Assembly (NCBI GenBank): GCA_963804995.1
Contig: CAWDSK010000006.1
Span: forward strand, 1,216,001 to 1,280,000
DNA: 64,000 nt
Origin: an uncultured Acidobacteriota bacterium
GTDB taxonomy: Bacteria > Acidobacteriota > Terriglobia > UBA7540
Direction of reading: 5' to 3'
Positions 31,072 to 41,378 of this stretch are shown here, one piece after another (positions within the stretch are counted from its first letter, which is position 1; each line of letters begins with the position of its first letter). The translations under genes and the position numbers were made by a program. The notes beneath the pieces were generated by a model that did no database searches, was not told the origin of the DNA, and saw only the letters and a list, made by a program, of their open reading frames with translations.

Positions 31072-31322
31072 TTGGACAACGGATTTCTGCGGCTGGGGCG
31101 AAAGGAGTCCAGCTTCGCGAAGGCTTCCTCATTGCTGGAGATCTCGCCCGTGTCTGTCGCGTCCCTCCGCCGCACCTCAGCGATTTGCGCCTCTTCGATA
31201 CTGAGCAACGAATCGATAGCAGAGGAAAGCAGGGTGGCTGGCTCTTCCTCGCGTTCCTTCGCCACCCGCTCAATCCTTCGCTTCAGTTCAGTCGGCAATT
31301 CGAGATTCGAAGTTGTGCTCAT
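31068..31322 (-). CDS. CopG/ribbon-helix-helix antitoxin
   Basis: MSTTSNLELPTELKRRIERVAKER; directly upstream of the RelE/ParE toxin. Confidence 0.8.
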   Translation of the reverse strand: MSTTSNLELPTELKRRIERVAKEREEEPATLLSSAIDSLLSIEEAQIAEVRRRDATDTGEISSNEEAFAKLDSFRPSRRNPLSK

Positions 31323-31443
31323 GGCTGAACCTCCCAATCCTTGCTCATTCCTTCAAAGGCCGCAATCTCCTGACCCAATTCCGCCATGAACTTAATTATA
31401 ACCCCGCCCTTTCAAGGTGACACCGCTTAAGATGCGGTTTGGG

Positions 31444-32190
31444 TCAAGACATCGCTACGACGGCCTGCCGGTATCGCCGGGCGGGCGCCGTAGCAAACCA
31501 CTTCTCGAGCTCACCTTGAACATCCTGGAAAGTTTCGAACGGATGGCAGGCTATCTCCTTCTCCCGGCAATGAGCCAACAATTGACGTTTGGCAAAGACG
31601 ACGTTTGCGGCTTCCACGGCGAAGCGGTCCGACATGCCATCTCCTACAAAGACTACGGGGCGCCGCCCTTCCGCGACCGCGCGTATCACGGCGGGCTTGC
31701 AGGTCGCGCAGCCGTGCTCGCAACCCTCACCCGAATGAGGGAAGGAGGGAAGCAAGCGGTGGCCTTCCACTCGCAAAGCACTCGCGTAAAGACGCGAACT
31801 GTCTCGGAACTGCCTGCCCACACCGGTGCGTTTGAGAATGCGGCGAATAACGTAATCAAAGCCGTCGCTCACGATGTAAAGCGGCAGGCTCCGCCGGCGG
31901 GTGAACCGGCAGAAGTCTGAGAAGTGCGGGTCGATGGCAATCGAGTCAATCAGTGCGTGGAGTTCCTTCGGAGGAGCATCCACCAAGGCGATCTGGCGCT
32001 CCAGACATTCCCGCGAGCCGATCAGGCCCATCACCCACTCTCGCTCAACTTCGCGCCAGGCAGGGTCTGCAAGCTGATCCAGGATCTGGTCGGTCACGTT
32101 GAGCTGCGAGATCGTCCCATCGAAATCGCAGAATACGATGGGGGCAAAATCACGCTTCGCAACTTTACTGGCAAGGGATGAGTTCTTCAT
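31444..32190 (-). CDS. MtnX-like HAD-IB family phosphatase
   Basis: FCDFDGTI, IVSDG, GCATCK, VFVGDGMSD, VFAK. Confidence 0.92.
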   Translation of the reverse strand: MKNSSLASKVAKRDFAPIVFCDFDGTISQLNVTDQILDQLADPAWREVEREWVMGLIGSRECLERQIALVDAPPKELHALIDSIAIDPHFSDFCRFTRRRSLPLYIVSDGFDYVIRRILKRTGVGRQFRDSSRLYASALRVEGHRLLPSFPHSGEGCEHGCATCKPAVIRAVAEGRRPVVFVGDGMSDRFAVEAANVVFAKRQLLAHCREKEIACHPFETFQDVQGELEKWFATAPARRYRQAVVAMS

Positions 32191-32291
32191 CGTCGGGTTA
32201 TAAATCCTTTCAAATATAATTCTGAATTATGAAGGACCAAACTTTGGCCTTGTGGACTTCTTATAGTTTGCCCTTTTTCCAAATTTAGCAT

Positions 32292-33605
32292 TCACGCCGC
32301 GCGCTCGTCCACCAAACGCCGCGGCTTCCTGCCTTGCTCGATGCTCCCCGGAGGAAGAAACCGGAAAGCCAAGCGGTACATGCCACAAACATGATTAGCC
32401 CAGACATCAGGATAAAGGCCCTTCAAGCTCTCCTGGATGGCCGCTTCCACCGCAATAGCGCTAGTCCCATTGTTGAGCTCCAAGCGAAACTCCAGGATAT
32501 CGTGCAGGCCTTCCTGGCGGACGACCACCTGCCAGTTCTCGCGGAGGCCTGCCACATCGTGCAGGACACGTTCGAATATCTCCGGATACATATTCCCCGC
32601 GCCCATCACGACCATCTCGTCGCGGCGGCCCTTGATGCGCTCAATACGCCGTAAGGGAGCTCCGCAGGGACAAGGCGCGTCTATGAATCGTGTTACATCC
32701 TGAACCCGATAGCGAATGAATGGCATCGTCCGGCGGGCCAGGGTAGTGGCTACCAGCTCGCCGTAACCCTCTTTGTCCGGGTTGAGGATCTCAAAGTAAA
32801 TATTGAATTCATCCACGTGGTAGCCGTCCTGGCGCAGGCATTCCATGCCCGCCCCCCCCTGCTCGGTGGAGCCATAAGCGAGAACCACGGGGCACTTCCA
32901 GACGCTCTCCACGTAGTGCCGGTACACGTCGGTCATGCGGTCACCCGCCGCCAGAATCAGCCGGAGGGGAAACGTGCCCTCTTTCTCGGCGATTTCGCTG
33001 AGGCTGACCAGCCACGTAGGGTCCGCAGCTATCACGTTGTATTTATATTGACCGAGGCGCGAGTAGACCTCGCGTGGATGGGGCTTGCCCACCGCCGAGC
33101 AGAAAACGCCCAGGTACTTGCAGGCCAGGAAGGTAACCCAACTGCTGATCCAGTAACCTGCGTCAAACGTGCATACCACGCGGGAGCCGGGGCGCACCCC
33201 GTTTTCATGCAACGCCGCGGCTTCATATCGAGCGGCGAAGTCCAACTCCTGCCAGGAGTAATAAACCTGCTTGGGGCCCCCGGAGGTTCCGGTGGTTTCG
33301 AAGACCAGTTCGGGCTCCTGGCACAAAAATTCCTCGGCGGGCAGCGCGCGCAAATCTTCGGGCGTGGTGAAGATGTCTCCCAAATCCTCAGGGCGACGGA
33401 CACGCTGGGGGTCAATCCCGTGCTCTCGTAATTTTTGCGCGAAGAATTTCTGGTGCTGTGCGGTGTAACGAACGACCTCGCGAAAGGAATCCGCCTGGAT
33501 ACTCCGAATCACGGAGTGGGGAACACGCTTACCCCAACGCACCAGCGCCGGCACCGAATTGCCAACCAAAGCGCGCTCCACGAGTTTGCGAACTTGACTG
33601 AGCAT
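32292..33605 (-). CDS. Phenylacetate-CoA-ligase-like adenylate-forming enzyme
   Basis: ETTGTSGGPK, AYGSTEQG, MPFIRYRVQD, CPCG, KGRRDEM. Confidence 0.88.
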   Translation of the reverse strand: MLSQVRKLVERALVGNSVPALVRWGKRVPHSVIRSIQADSFREVVRYTAQHQKFFAQKLREHGIDPQRVRRPEDLGDIFTTPEDLRALPAEEFLCQEPELVFETTGTSGGPKQVYYSWQELDFAARYEAAALHENGVRPGSRVVCTFDAGYWISSWVTFLACKYLGVFCSAVGKPHPREVYSRLGQYKYNVIAADPTWLVSLSEIAEKEGTFPLRLILAAGDRMTDVYRHYVESVWKCPVVLAYGSTEQGGAGMECLRQDGYHVDEFNIYFEILNPDKEGYGELVATTLARRTMPFIRYRVQDVTRFIDAPCPCGAPLRRIERIKGRRDEMVVMGAGNMYPEIFERVLHDVAGLRENWQVVVRQEGLHDILEFRLELNNGTSAIAVEAAIQESLKGLYPDVWANHVCGMYRLAFRFLPPGSIEQGRKPRRLVDERAA

Positions 33606-33610
33606 AGGAA

Positions 33611-33746
33611 TTGTCAGTTGTCCGTGGTCCGTCGTCAGTTGTCAAATACCATCATGTCCGTGCTCCCGGAGGACAGCAAAGTCGCTGCAAGAATTGGATC
33701 CATTCAGTGGGAACAGACCACGGACTACGGACAACGGACTACGGAC
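33611..33746. repeat. Inverted heptamer array (TGTCCGT/GGTCCGT ... ACGGACT/ACGGACA)
   Basis: Tandem 7-mers on both arms, between the ligase and glycosyltransferase genes. Confidence 0.8.
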
Positions 33747-33804
33747 GTCTATTTACATCAAATACGCCGACTCACCCGATCGCGGCGGTGGCGTGGCCAG
33801 CAGA

Positions 33805-34944
33805 TCAATATAGGTAGCCTTCTTCGAGCAGCGCCACCGCCACCTGCGCAATGGCATGAGCGGCGTCCGGACGCGACCACTCGCGCGCGCGGCGCCGCAT
33901 TCCTTGCAGTTCCGGTGCAGACAAGAGCAGTTGGGACACCAGGCGCGGAAGATCCGCCAGCCTGTCAGCGTGCAGCGCCACGCCCTTCTGCTCCAGGAAG
34001 CGAACGTGCCGCTCCTCCGGCCCGGGAATGGGGTGCGTAAGGATCATCGGCAATCCTGCTGCCAGCGCTTCTGCCGCCGTAAGCCCGCCGGGCTTGGTGA
34101 TCAACAGATCGGCAACCGCCATCAGTTCCGGAATGGTTTCGGTCCAGCCAAAAAGATGCAGGTCCATAGCCAGTCGCCCGCGCAGAGCTTCCAGCCGCTT
34201 GCGAACCTTGTGGTCGTGGCCGGCCACTGCCAGCACTTGCATGGGGACACCGCAGAGCTCAAGGCTCGCAATGACTTTGTCGAGCGGCACAGGGCCCATT
34301 CCCCCACCCATCACCAGAACCACGGGCCGGTGCGCATCCAAGCCCAGCGCCCGCTTCAGGTCCGACTTGTCAAAGGGCAAGGCAAAAGCCGGATCCACCG
34401 GAATGCCACTGAGCAGCACCCGGTTGGGCAACACTCCCCAACCAATCAGTTGGCCGCGTGCCTCCTCGCTCGCCACGCAGTACATATCGATGCCGGATTG
34501 CACCCAGGGCGGCTCCGTCTGAAAATCGGTTTGCACCGCCAGGATGGGCGAGTTGAACCAGCCTTCGCGCCGGCCTAGGGCCGCGATTTCCGCCGCCCCG
34601 ATTTCCGTGACAATCACCAGGTGCGGCGCAAAGTTCTTGATCTGGCGCAGCACCTCGCGGCAGCCGCGACGAAACATCCAGTGGGGCGCCGTGGATTGAT
34701 GGAACCTGCGTTGCCGGCGCTCAAACACTGCCCGCCAAAGCCAGGGCGCGTGCCGCAACATCCACCAATACGGGTCCACGTAAAGCCAGTGGAACCAGGC
34801 CTTGGCCGAATCGAGAGCGTCCACCACTTTTACCTCGATGGGGTCCCGGCTGTCTGAGAGAGCGCGCTGCACAACTTCAGAAGCGCGCAGGTGGCCCGAG
34901 CCGACACCGAGGGTCAGAATGCAGACGCGCTTGTGAATCATCAA
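33805..34944 (-). CDS. MGDG-synthase/UgtP-like glycosyltransferase (GT28 fold)
   Basis: GSGHLRA, VQTDF, SGIPV, VMGGGMG, ITKPGGLT..EAL, PIPGPEE; the C-terminus may be shortened by a 1-nt insertion. Confidence 0.9.
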   Translation of the reverse strand: MMIHKRVCILTLGVGSGHLRASEVVQRALSDSRDPIEVKVVDALDSAKAWFHWLYVDPYWWMLRHAPWLWRAVFERRQRRFHQSTAPHWMFRRGCREVLRQIKNFAPHLVIVTEIGAAEIAALGRREGWFNSPILAVQTDFQTEPPWVQSGIDMYCVASEEARGQLIGWGVLPNRVLLSGIPVDPAFALPFDKSDLKRALGLDAHRPVVLVMGGGMGPVPLDKVIASLELCGVPMQVLAVAGHDHKVRKRLEALRGRLAMDLHLFGWTETIPELMAVADLLITKPGGLTAAEALAAGLPMILTHPIPGPEERHVRFLEQKGVALHADRLADLPRLVSQLLLSAPELQGMRRRAREWSRPDAAHAIAQVAVALLEEGYLY

Positions 34945-34962
34945 AAAACTCCGAGAAGAACT

Positions 34963-35063
34963 GAGAAGCGAAAAGCTAGAAGTTAGGAGCTAGAAGTTAG
35001 GAGTTAGAAGCGAGGGGTTAGGAGGATGCCCCCCCTTCTTCTAGCTCCTAGCTTCTAACTTCT
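34963..35063. repeat. Inverted heptamer array (AGAAGTT/AGGAGCT)
   Basis: Tandem 7-mers and their reverse complement between fabF and the glycosyltransferase. Confidence 0.85.
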
Positions 35064-35067
35064 GCCT

Positions 35068-36298
35068 TTATTCAAACCGCCGGACCAGCAAAACCGCATT
35101 CAGCCCGCCAAAGGCGAAGGAATTGGAGACCGCCACCCGCACCGATTTTTCCCGCGCCTGGTTGGGCACATAGTCCAGGTCGCACTCCGGGTCAGGCAGC
35201 GTGTAATTGGCGGTAGGAGGAATGATCCCCCGGTCAATGGCCTGAACCGTGGCCGCCATTTCGATTGCCCCCGTTGCCCCCATGGCGTGTCCGTGCATCG
35301 ACTTGGTGGAGCTGATGGCCAGGCGCCGAGCGTGATCCTTGAACACTTCCTTGATCACCTGCGTCTCCGTGACATCGTTTAAGCGCGTGCCCGTTCCGTG
35401 GGCGTTGATATAGTCCACTTCTTCAGGATTGATTTGCGCCTCAGCCAGCGCCATACGCACCGCCCGCGCCGGCCCGTCAATGGAGGGCTGCGTGATGTGG
35501 CCGGCGTCGGAACTCATCCCGAAACCGGAAATCTCGGCATAAATCCTGGCCCCACGCTTTTGGGCATGCTTCGAGTTCCTCGAGCATCAGTATGGCGGAG
35601 CCTTCCCCCATCACAAAGCCTTCGCGGTCCAGCGAAAACGGCCGGCAAGCGCGGCTGGGATTGCCATTACCTGTGGCCAGTACCCGCACCGATTCCCAGG
35701 ATCGGATCATCCCGAAGGTAATCGGCGATTCACTTCCCCCGGTGAGCATGAGGTCCGCCATGCCAAATTTAATCAAGTGAAACGCTTCCCCAATGGCGTG
35801 CCCGGAAGAGGAACAGGCCGTGGCGGTAGTAAGCGAAGGCCCTTGCGCGCCAAACTCCATGCACACTTGCGAGGTGGCGGCGTTGTGCATGATCTTGGGG
35901 ATGGTAAAGGGGTGCAAGCGTGTCGCATGGTTGACGAAAAGGTTGAAGTACCCCGATTCAAAAGTCTGGGCGCCGCCCATACCGGTGCCCATCACCACGC
36001 CGAAACGCGGCCGCTCCTCATCGCGAACCTGCACGCCGCTGGATTCCACGGCTTCCTTGGCCGCCAGCAGAGCAAATTGACTGAAGCGGTCGAGCAGATC
36101 AAGCCGCTTGGCAGGAAAAAAGTCGAGGGGATCGTAATCCGGAATTTCGGCGGCAATCTGCACGCTCAGCGGGGTAGGATCAAACTGCGCAATGCGCCGG
36201 ATGGCCGAGCGGCCCTCGACCAAGTTCTCGAAGAAACTGCCAGCATTCTTGCCGGGGGATGCAAAGACTCCAATCCCGGTGATGACTACTCTCCGCAC
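35068..36298 (-). CDS. fabF: Beta-ketoacyl-ACP synthase II, split by a single +1 insertion near 35570 (probable sequencing error)
   Basis: [21 protein letters not shown], then [23 protein letters not shown] in the next frame; removing one A (GAAG to GAG) restores [17 protein letters not shown]. Confidence 0.9.
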
Positions 36299-36322
36299 GA
36301 TGGGCCCCTTGGATGTCGAGGA

Positions 36323-36616
36323 TTAGCTGGTGGTGGCGGGAGTCTCGCTCTTCGCCATGGCCACCAAATCAGATACGTCTTTGCCTTCCAGAACGCGAGT
36401 GAGGGCGTCTACAACCTGGCGGACTCCCCGCATGTTTTGGGCTACGCTGTCGGGGATATCAAGTTTGAACTCCTCCTCTAGGGCGAAGAGGATATTCACG
36501 CCGTCGAGCGAATCGATGCCGAGCTCAGCAAACGTGGAGTCCACGGTGATTTTACTCGAGTCCAGGTGTTGCTCTCGGGCGATAATCTCAATAACTTTTG
36601 ACGTAACGTCCATCAT
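36323..36616 (-). CDS. Acyl carrier protein
   Basis: ELGIDSLDGVNILFALEEEF phosphopantetheine motif; adjacent to fabF. Confidence 0.92.
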   Translation of the reverse strand: MMDVTSKVIEIIAREQHLDSSKITVDSTFAELGIDSLDGVNILFALEEEFKLDIPDSVAQNMRGVRQVVDALTRVLEGKDVSDLVAMAKSETPATTS

Positions 36617-36664
36617 TACTCCTCATCCTGCAGATTTAGATGCGAGCTTTGGCCGGAACCTTCC

Positions 36665-37048
36665 TCACGAAGAAATGCCAATGGGATCTTGCGCGCTTAG
36701 CTCCTGAACTGTCTTAATCAATTCCGAGAGCTGAAAAGGTTTGTCGAGCAAGGCATGCGCGCCCAGGGCTTGCGCTGCTTTTCTTTCTGGTCCACTGATA
36801 AACGAAGACATGAGGATGATGTCGTGCTTGGAATTCTGCTGGCGTAACTTGCGAAGAAGTTCCAGGCCGGACTCGTTGGGCATCTGGAGGTCAGCGATGA
36901 CAATGCGGTACTCGCCGTCTTGGCTCAGCACTTCGCGGGCGGCGCGACCGTCAGCCACCGTACACACGGAGTAGCCATTGGCTTCCAAAACCTCACAGAG
37001 CAGGTCTCGGCTTTCCTGATCGTCATCGACTACCAGTATCTTGTTCAT
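36665..37048 (-). CDS. Single-domain response regulator (receiver only)
   Basis: KILVVDDD, DLQMP..SGLELL, MSSF, KPF; start at MNKIL (37048). Confidence 0.9.
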   Translation of the reverse strand: MNKILVVDDDQESRDLLCEVLEANGYSVCTVADGRAAREVLSQDGEYRIVIADLQMPNESGLELLRKLRQQNSKHDIILMSSFISGPERKAAQALGAHALLDKPFQLSELIKTVQELSAQDPIGISS

Positions 37049-37086
37049 CGCGAAAGGTATACCCCGCACGTTCCACGTTGCATGTA

Positions 37087-37103
37087 TGCACGGGCAGTGC
37101 CAA
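37087..37103 (-). promoter_or_regulatory. Sigma-54 (-24/-12) promoter
   Basis: Minus strand TTGGCACTGCCCGTGCA: GG and GC separated by exactly 10 nt, about 40 nt upstream of the receiver ATG. Confidence 0.75.
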
Positions 37104-37198
37104 GCCTCGCGTAAGCTTGTAACCATTTGGTTTCATTATGACTTTTTAATTTCATAGGGTCAAAGTGTCTTAGGATTACAACTTGAGCCTCTTTCTAA

Positions 37199-37215
37199 TG
37201 TGGCAATTTGCCTCA
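37199..37215. promoter_or_regulatory. Candidate enhancer (UAS) for the NtrC-type activator
   Basis: TGTGGCAATTTGCCTCA about 100 bp upstream of the sigma-54 site; related GTGTCGCAATTTGCCACAC at 37619-37637. Confidence 0.5.
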
Positions 37216-37336
37216 CAATCCGACATTCGACCCCACAAACCTGCTTTTGCTCCCATGGAAGGGACGTTTGTAGATGTAGAGTCAATTTGCCGGGGATTCC
37301 CAGTAACCCTAGAATCTCCCCTTAAATTTGTTCTAG

Positions 37337-37474
37337 GGTGACCCCCTTACCCGTCCCGCCCCGGCTGGTGAAAGCGCCGGTTGCGGTCCACCCTCTCCCC
37401 CAAGGGGGCGAGGGAGTAAGTTCAACTCTCCCCTCGCCCCCTTGGGGAGAGGGGCCGGGGGTGAGGGGGTCGCC
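37337..37474. repeat. CCCTCTCCC/GGGAGAGGG-type palindromic REP element
   Basis: Inverted arms; its left half recurs at 56812-56884; related pieces near 27410-27495. Confidence 0.8.
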
Positions 37475-37646
37475 TTTGAACCCAGTGAGACTTTGTCAGC
37501 GAACTTATGACTGAGGACATTAGCTCTTATTCGCGAATTTGCACCTTGGCGTCGTAGTGCGAGGTCTTCTTCCGCTTTTTGTACCTTCGGGAACCCCGCA
37601 CTTTCAATTATCATAGGGGTGTCGCAATTTGCCACACTTGTCGGGA

Positions 37647-38411
37647 TCAGGCAATAGGGAGGAACTCTTCGAGAGGAGCAAAGGAGTACCCCTGCTGGCG
37701 GGCGCCTTCAATGATGGCTGGCAGGGCTTGGACGGTGGGGGATCGGTCAACCTCCGCCACAGGCCGTGTCTCTCAACCATCGTGCAGGAGGATTACAGCC
37801 CCAGGTTTTAACCCCTTGAGGGTGGCTTCCACGATGCCCGTCGCGTCCTTTTTCCAGTCGTAGCCCGCCGCGGACCAAAGAATAAGGTGCATGCCACGTT
37901 CGAGGAGCGTAGGCACCAAACCGAACCAGCGCACCCCGTAAGGAGGCCGGAAGACTTTGGGGCGATAACCTGCCACGCTTTCGAGGGTCTCCTGGGCGCG
38001 GTCAATCTCCTCGGCGAGTCTTTGCCTTCCCTTGAAGCAGATTAGCAAGTGGGAGTAAGTATGATTGCCGAGCGTGTGGCCCTCGGCGACAATCCGCCGA
38101 ACCAATTCCGGATTTCTTTCCGCATTCTTACCGCAAACGAAAAAGGTTGCAGGTACGCGGTGCTCGCGGAGGATTTCGAGGATGCGTTCCGTAAACGGCG
38201 GCGCCGGGCCGTCATCGAACGTCAGGCAGAGGCGCTTGCCTTCCATAGAACCGCGGGTGATCGCCGGCCCGAAGAAAGTGGAAGTGGGAACGTAGCAGGC
38301 CCAATAGAACCACGCGCCGAACGCCAAGCCGATCCCGGCAATGATCCCCACTGTCAGCATGAGCAAGTTCGGTTTCCCATCAATGTCCGAAGGCTCGGAA
38401 TCGAAACTCAA
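37647..38411 (-). CDS. Membrane-anchored polysaccharide deacetylase (NodB/CE4) with an in-frame TGA at 37773-37775
   Basis: LTFDDGP, ATFFV, GNHTYSH, FRPPYG, ILLHDG; the frame continues past TGA as ETRPVAEVDRSPTVQALPAIIEGARQQGYSFAPLEEFL, the usual CE4 C-terminus. Confidence 0.88.
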
Positions 38412-38496
38412 AATAGCGGTTCGGAGGTTTACCAGGCGATTTTCGAATTTCGATTTTCGAATTTCGGCCCCGGACTTCGGACCGCAGACCTTTGCG

Positions 38497-39522
38497 CTAA
38501 ATAATCCGCAGGAAGTTCAGCCCGGATTCCAGCGCCAACATCGGGCTGTTGGTATAGGCGCTCACCTCGTACGGGCAGCCGATCTTACACCCCTTGCAAA
38601 AGTCCCACAAAGTTGCTTCTTGCGAGATGATTTTCCGCGCCTCTTCCGACGCAAAGATTTCCGCCAGGGGCGCCTGCGACTTGTGCAGGGTGGCGAAGGC
38701 GCAAGGCAAGTGGATGGCGCCATCCGGCTTCATCGAAATGAGCTTGGAAGGATGCCGGCAGGGGAACTGGGGCCCGAATCCGCCCTGGCGATAGAAACTA
38801 TAGTAATGAGTATAGAAGCGGACGTTCTTCGGGTAGGCCATGCGGAGCTCGCGCAGGAACATTTCCACAGTATCGAGCTCCTTGCCATGCAGCTCCGAGT
38901 CAGGCAGCAGTTCGCCGCTGCGCATCACGTTATGGACCGCCTCCGGATGCAGCACCAAGTGGCGTTGCTTGCAGAATTCCGCCAGGTCCGTCAAATCGTA
39001 AAGGTTCTCCAGATTCACCGCGGCATTGATTTGCGTGGTATAGGGCCGGCGTTTCGCCAGCACAAAATCGAGATTCTCCCGAATCCGGGGCAGCCCGTCC
39101 ACCCCGCGGCGTTTGGCAAAACGCTGGACATTGAGGGAGTCGATCGAGACCTCCAACATATCCAGGCGCGCCACGCCGTCCGCGTATTTCTTGATCAGCA
39201 GGCCGTTCGTAGGCATCGAGGTCCACATGCCCTTGTCCGCGGCGCGGGCAATGTAGTCACAGGTATTGGGATTGAGCAACGGCTCGCCGCCGGAGAAGCT
39301 GAGCGCAAAGATCCCCATCTCGCAGAATTCATCGATGCGCGTGAAGATGCGGTCGCGAGTGGCGCGGGTCTGCAGATCGTTGAACTTGCCCTCTTCGCCG
39401 AAGATGCAATACTCGCAAAACATATTGCACATCAGGGTAGTTTCAAACATCACCATATAGGGCAGTTTGAAACCTGACCAGAGGTGCTTCGCCGCCGATT
39501 TGACAATATGTGAATACTTCAA
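38497..39522 (-). CDS. Radical SAM protein with a C-terminal Cys-rich (twitch/SPASM-like) region
   Basis: CNMFCEYC, SGGEPLL, PTNG, SIDS, C-terminal FCKGCKIGC; TTG start after GAGGAG. Confidence 0.9.
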   Translation of the reverse strand: MKYSHIVKSAAKHLWSGFKLPYMVMFETTLMCNMFCEYCIFGEEGKFNDLQTRATRDRIFTRIDEFCEMGIFALSFSGGEPLLNPNTCDYIARAADKGMWTSMPTNGLLIKKYADGVARLDMLEVSIDSLNVQRFAKRRGVDGLPRIRENLDFVLAKRRPYTTQINAAVNLENLYDLTDLAEFCKQRHLVLHPEAVHNVMRSGELLPDSELHGKELDTVEMFLRELRMAYPKNVRFYTHYYSFYRQGGFGPQFPCRHPSKLISMKPDGAIHLPCAFATLHKSQAPLAEIFASEEARKIISQEATLWDFCKGCKIGCPYEVSAYTNSPMLALESGLNFLRII

Positions 39523-39888
39523 ATGCTCCTCACTTCATACCGGAAGGGCCGAAACCTCCCCATTTGAGCATAGCACCTGATGAACATATTCCGTGAGATT
39601 ATGAACATCGCCGTGGCGCGTGACCTTCGATGCCGTGAGTTTTCGTTCGCCCTGATCGGAAGGGTCAAGAATAGTCGAACTTCCGGTTCCCTGCCCGATT
39701 AATTTTGGATTTTCGATTTTGGATTTTAGATTACGGACCAGGTGCGGCCGCTCCCCCTCTTTTTTCATCCAGAATTGAAAATCCAAAACGGGTGGGCCAC
39801 TGGTGAGCCCCAAAGGGGCGACCTACCCAATCCCCCCCCAACCAGCCTTCGCCGCGGAGGCACAGCGCGGCAGAGCCGCAACCAAAGC

Positions 39889-40088
39889 TGTGCCATGGCC
39901 GACCCGCCCCGATGCATCGGGGTCCTGGCCATGCCCGAGCAAGAGAAGCTGTGAAAAAATCCCATCAAACCTTTCACCGCGGAGACGCTGAGGCGCAGAG
40001 GCTTGAAAACAAAGGGTCATTTCTCTGCGTCTCAGCGTCTCAGCGGTGAAAATGGTATTCTTTCACACCTTCAGATGCCCGTGGCACA
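39889..40088. repeat. Nested MITE-like element, inverted copy at 41664-41881
   Basis: Outer TGTGCCAT..GTGGCACA ends, middle GAAGCTGTGAAAAA..TTTCACACCTTC, inner CACCGCGGAGACGCTGAG palindrome. Confidence 0.8.
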
Positions 40089-40345
40089 AAATCTTCGCGC
40101 GCCGCGAAGATTCGGGGGTTAGTAATACAGAGGAAACCCGGCGGATGCTCCGCGCCACAGGCTGCCAGGGCGGACGGACGGGCTCCCCTCCTGATTCAGA
40201 GCTTGTCCCTTCACTTCGTTCAGGGCAAGCTCTGAACGCAGTGAAGGAAGGGGGACGGCGCGCTTAGCGCCGGGGGTGGTTACGGGCCGGGGCCTTGCCA
40301 ACGGAGCAATCTTACGGTCACAAGGACGAAGCGGCCGATGGGGAG

Positions 40346-40777
40346 TCAGGGTTTCACCCCCACATCGTCGGCCCAATTGACCGTCTGCCTCACGTCGATA
40401 TGCTTCGAGCACTCTCGCAGGGTGTAGTCGTTCGTCACCAGCACGGCTCCCACCGCGGCAGCATGGGCGGCAATCAGCAGGTCCATGTTCGCCAGCGGCT
40501 TGCCGATTCGTTCCAGCGTGGCGCGGGCCTTCGCGTAGGCCCGCGCCGCGGCGGAGTCCCAGGGCAGGATGTCAATCTTGGATAGGAACAGCTCAACGGC
40601 AGCCTCCGTTGCCGCCGAGAGCTTCCCGCGGGCGAGGCCGAAGCGGATCTCCGCCTCGGTCAGCACCGAGATGCAGACGTCGTGATCGACGCTCACCCGT
40701 GCGAGCTTGCGGCGGGCGTGCCGGGACTGGCCCTTGACGATGTAGCTCACGGTGTTCGTATCGAGCAGGTAAATCAT
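40346..40777 (-). CDS. vapC: VapC PIN-domain toxin
   Basis: [32 protein letters not shown]. Confidence 0.93.
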   Translation of the reverse strand: MIYLLDTNTVSYIVKGQSRHARRKLARVSVDHDVCISVLTEAEIRFGLARGKLSAATEAAVELFLSKIDILPWDSAAARAYAKARATLERIGKPLANMDLLIAAHAAAVGAVLVTNDYTLRECSKHIDVRQTVNWADDVGVKP

Positions 40778-41016
40778 ACCGTCTCTCGCTCCTGGGGCAG
40801 GCTCCGGTCGCGGTCGGCGAGAAAGTCCTCGGGCACGCCGGCACGGTCGAGCGCGGCGAACACTTCGCTCCAGTTCGCAGGCTTGCGGGACAGAATCACG
40901 TCTCCGGTGCGCGGGTTACGGTCGATGAAAACTTCCTTGGTGTCGAAGCGAAACGCGGCCGGCAGGCGCACCGCCTGGCTGCGGCCATTGGTAAAAACTT
41001 TGGCTTTTTGTCGCAC
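40774..41016 (-). CDS. vapB: VapB/AbrB-MazE family antitoxin
   Basis: [23 protein letters not shown] start after GAGGAGG; palindromic TGTATATCATGGTATATATCA upstream is a likely operator. Confidence 0.92.
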   Translation of the reverse strand: MRQKAKVFTNGRSQAVRLPAAFRFDTKEVFIDRNPRTGDVILSRKPANWSEVFAALDRAGVPEDFLADRDRSLPQERETV

Positions 41017-41378
41017 GATCAATCCCTCCTCTCCGGTGATATATACCATGATATACAGCAAGGCTCTGAACGTCAAGTTCGTTGCGCGGACCGCCCCGAT
41101 CTGATCGGGGTCCGCGTCCATTCTCGCCATGATTTAACAAACGGTTGTAGTCAACGGGACCCCCATCAACCCCGAGCCCTGAAGGGGCGGGACAGTCCTC
41201 TTCAATCCCACACGTACCGCTCATCGTAGGCGATTCCGTGCGCGTCCAGCAGTATCCCGCCCTTTCAGGGCTGGGGGCAAAATTGGGGAATAATCTAAAC
41301 CCAGGCCGTTGGCCACCATTAAGATCGGCGGGCCTTCGGCCTGGGCTTCGTTATTTCGCCCCTTTCGGGCTCAAGCGA

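Noticed and set aside
29682..31328. 548-aa plus-strand ORF (also 57633-58907, 42747-43748, 38341-39477, 62246-63199)
   Set aside because: Antisense shadows of well-supported genes in GC-rich DNA, with no recognisable motifs
29262..39522. Hopanoid tailoring (hpn) cluster
   Set aside because: Aminotransferase, radical SAM, GT and deacetylase types overlap with hpn loci, but there is no shc, hpnCDE or hpnG here, and ACP/FabF/ligase point to an acyl lipid; not fully excluded without phylogeny
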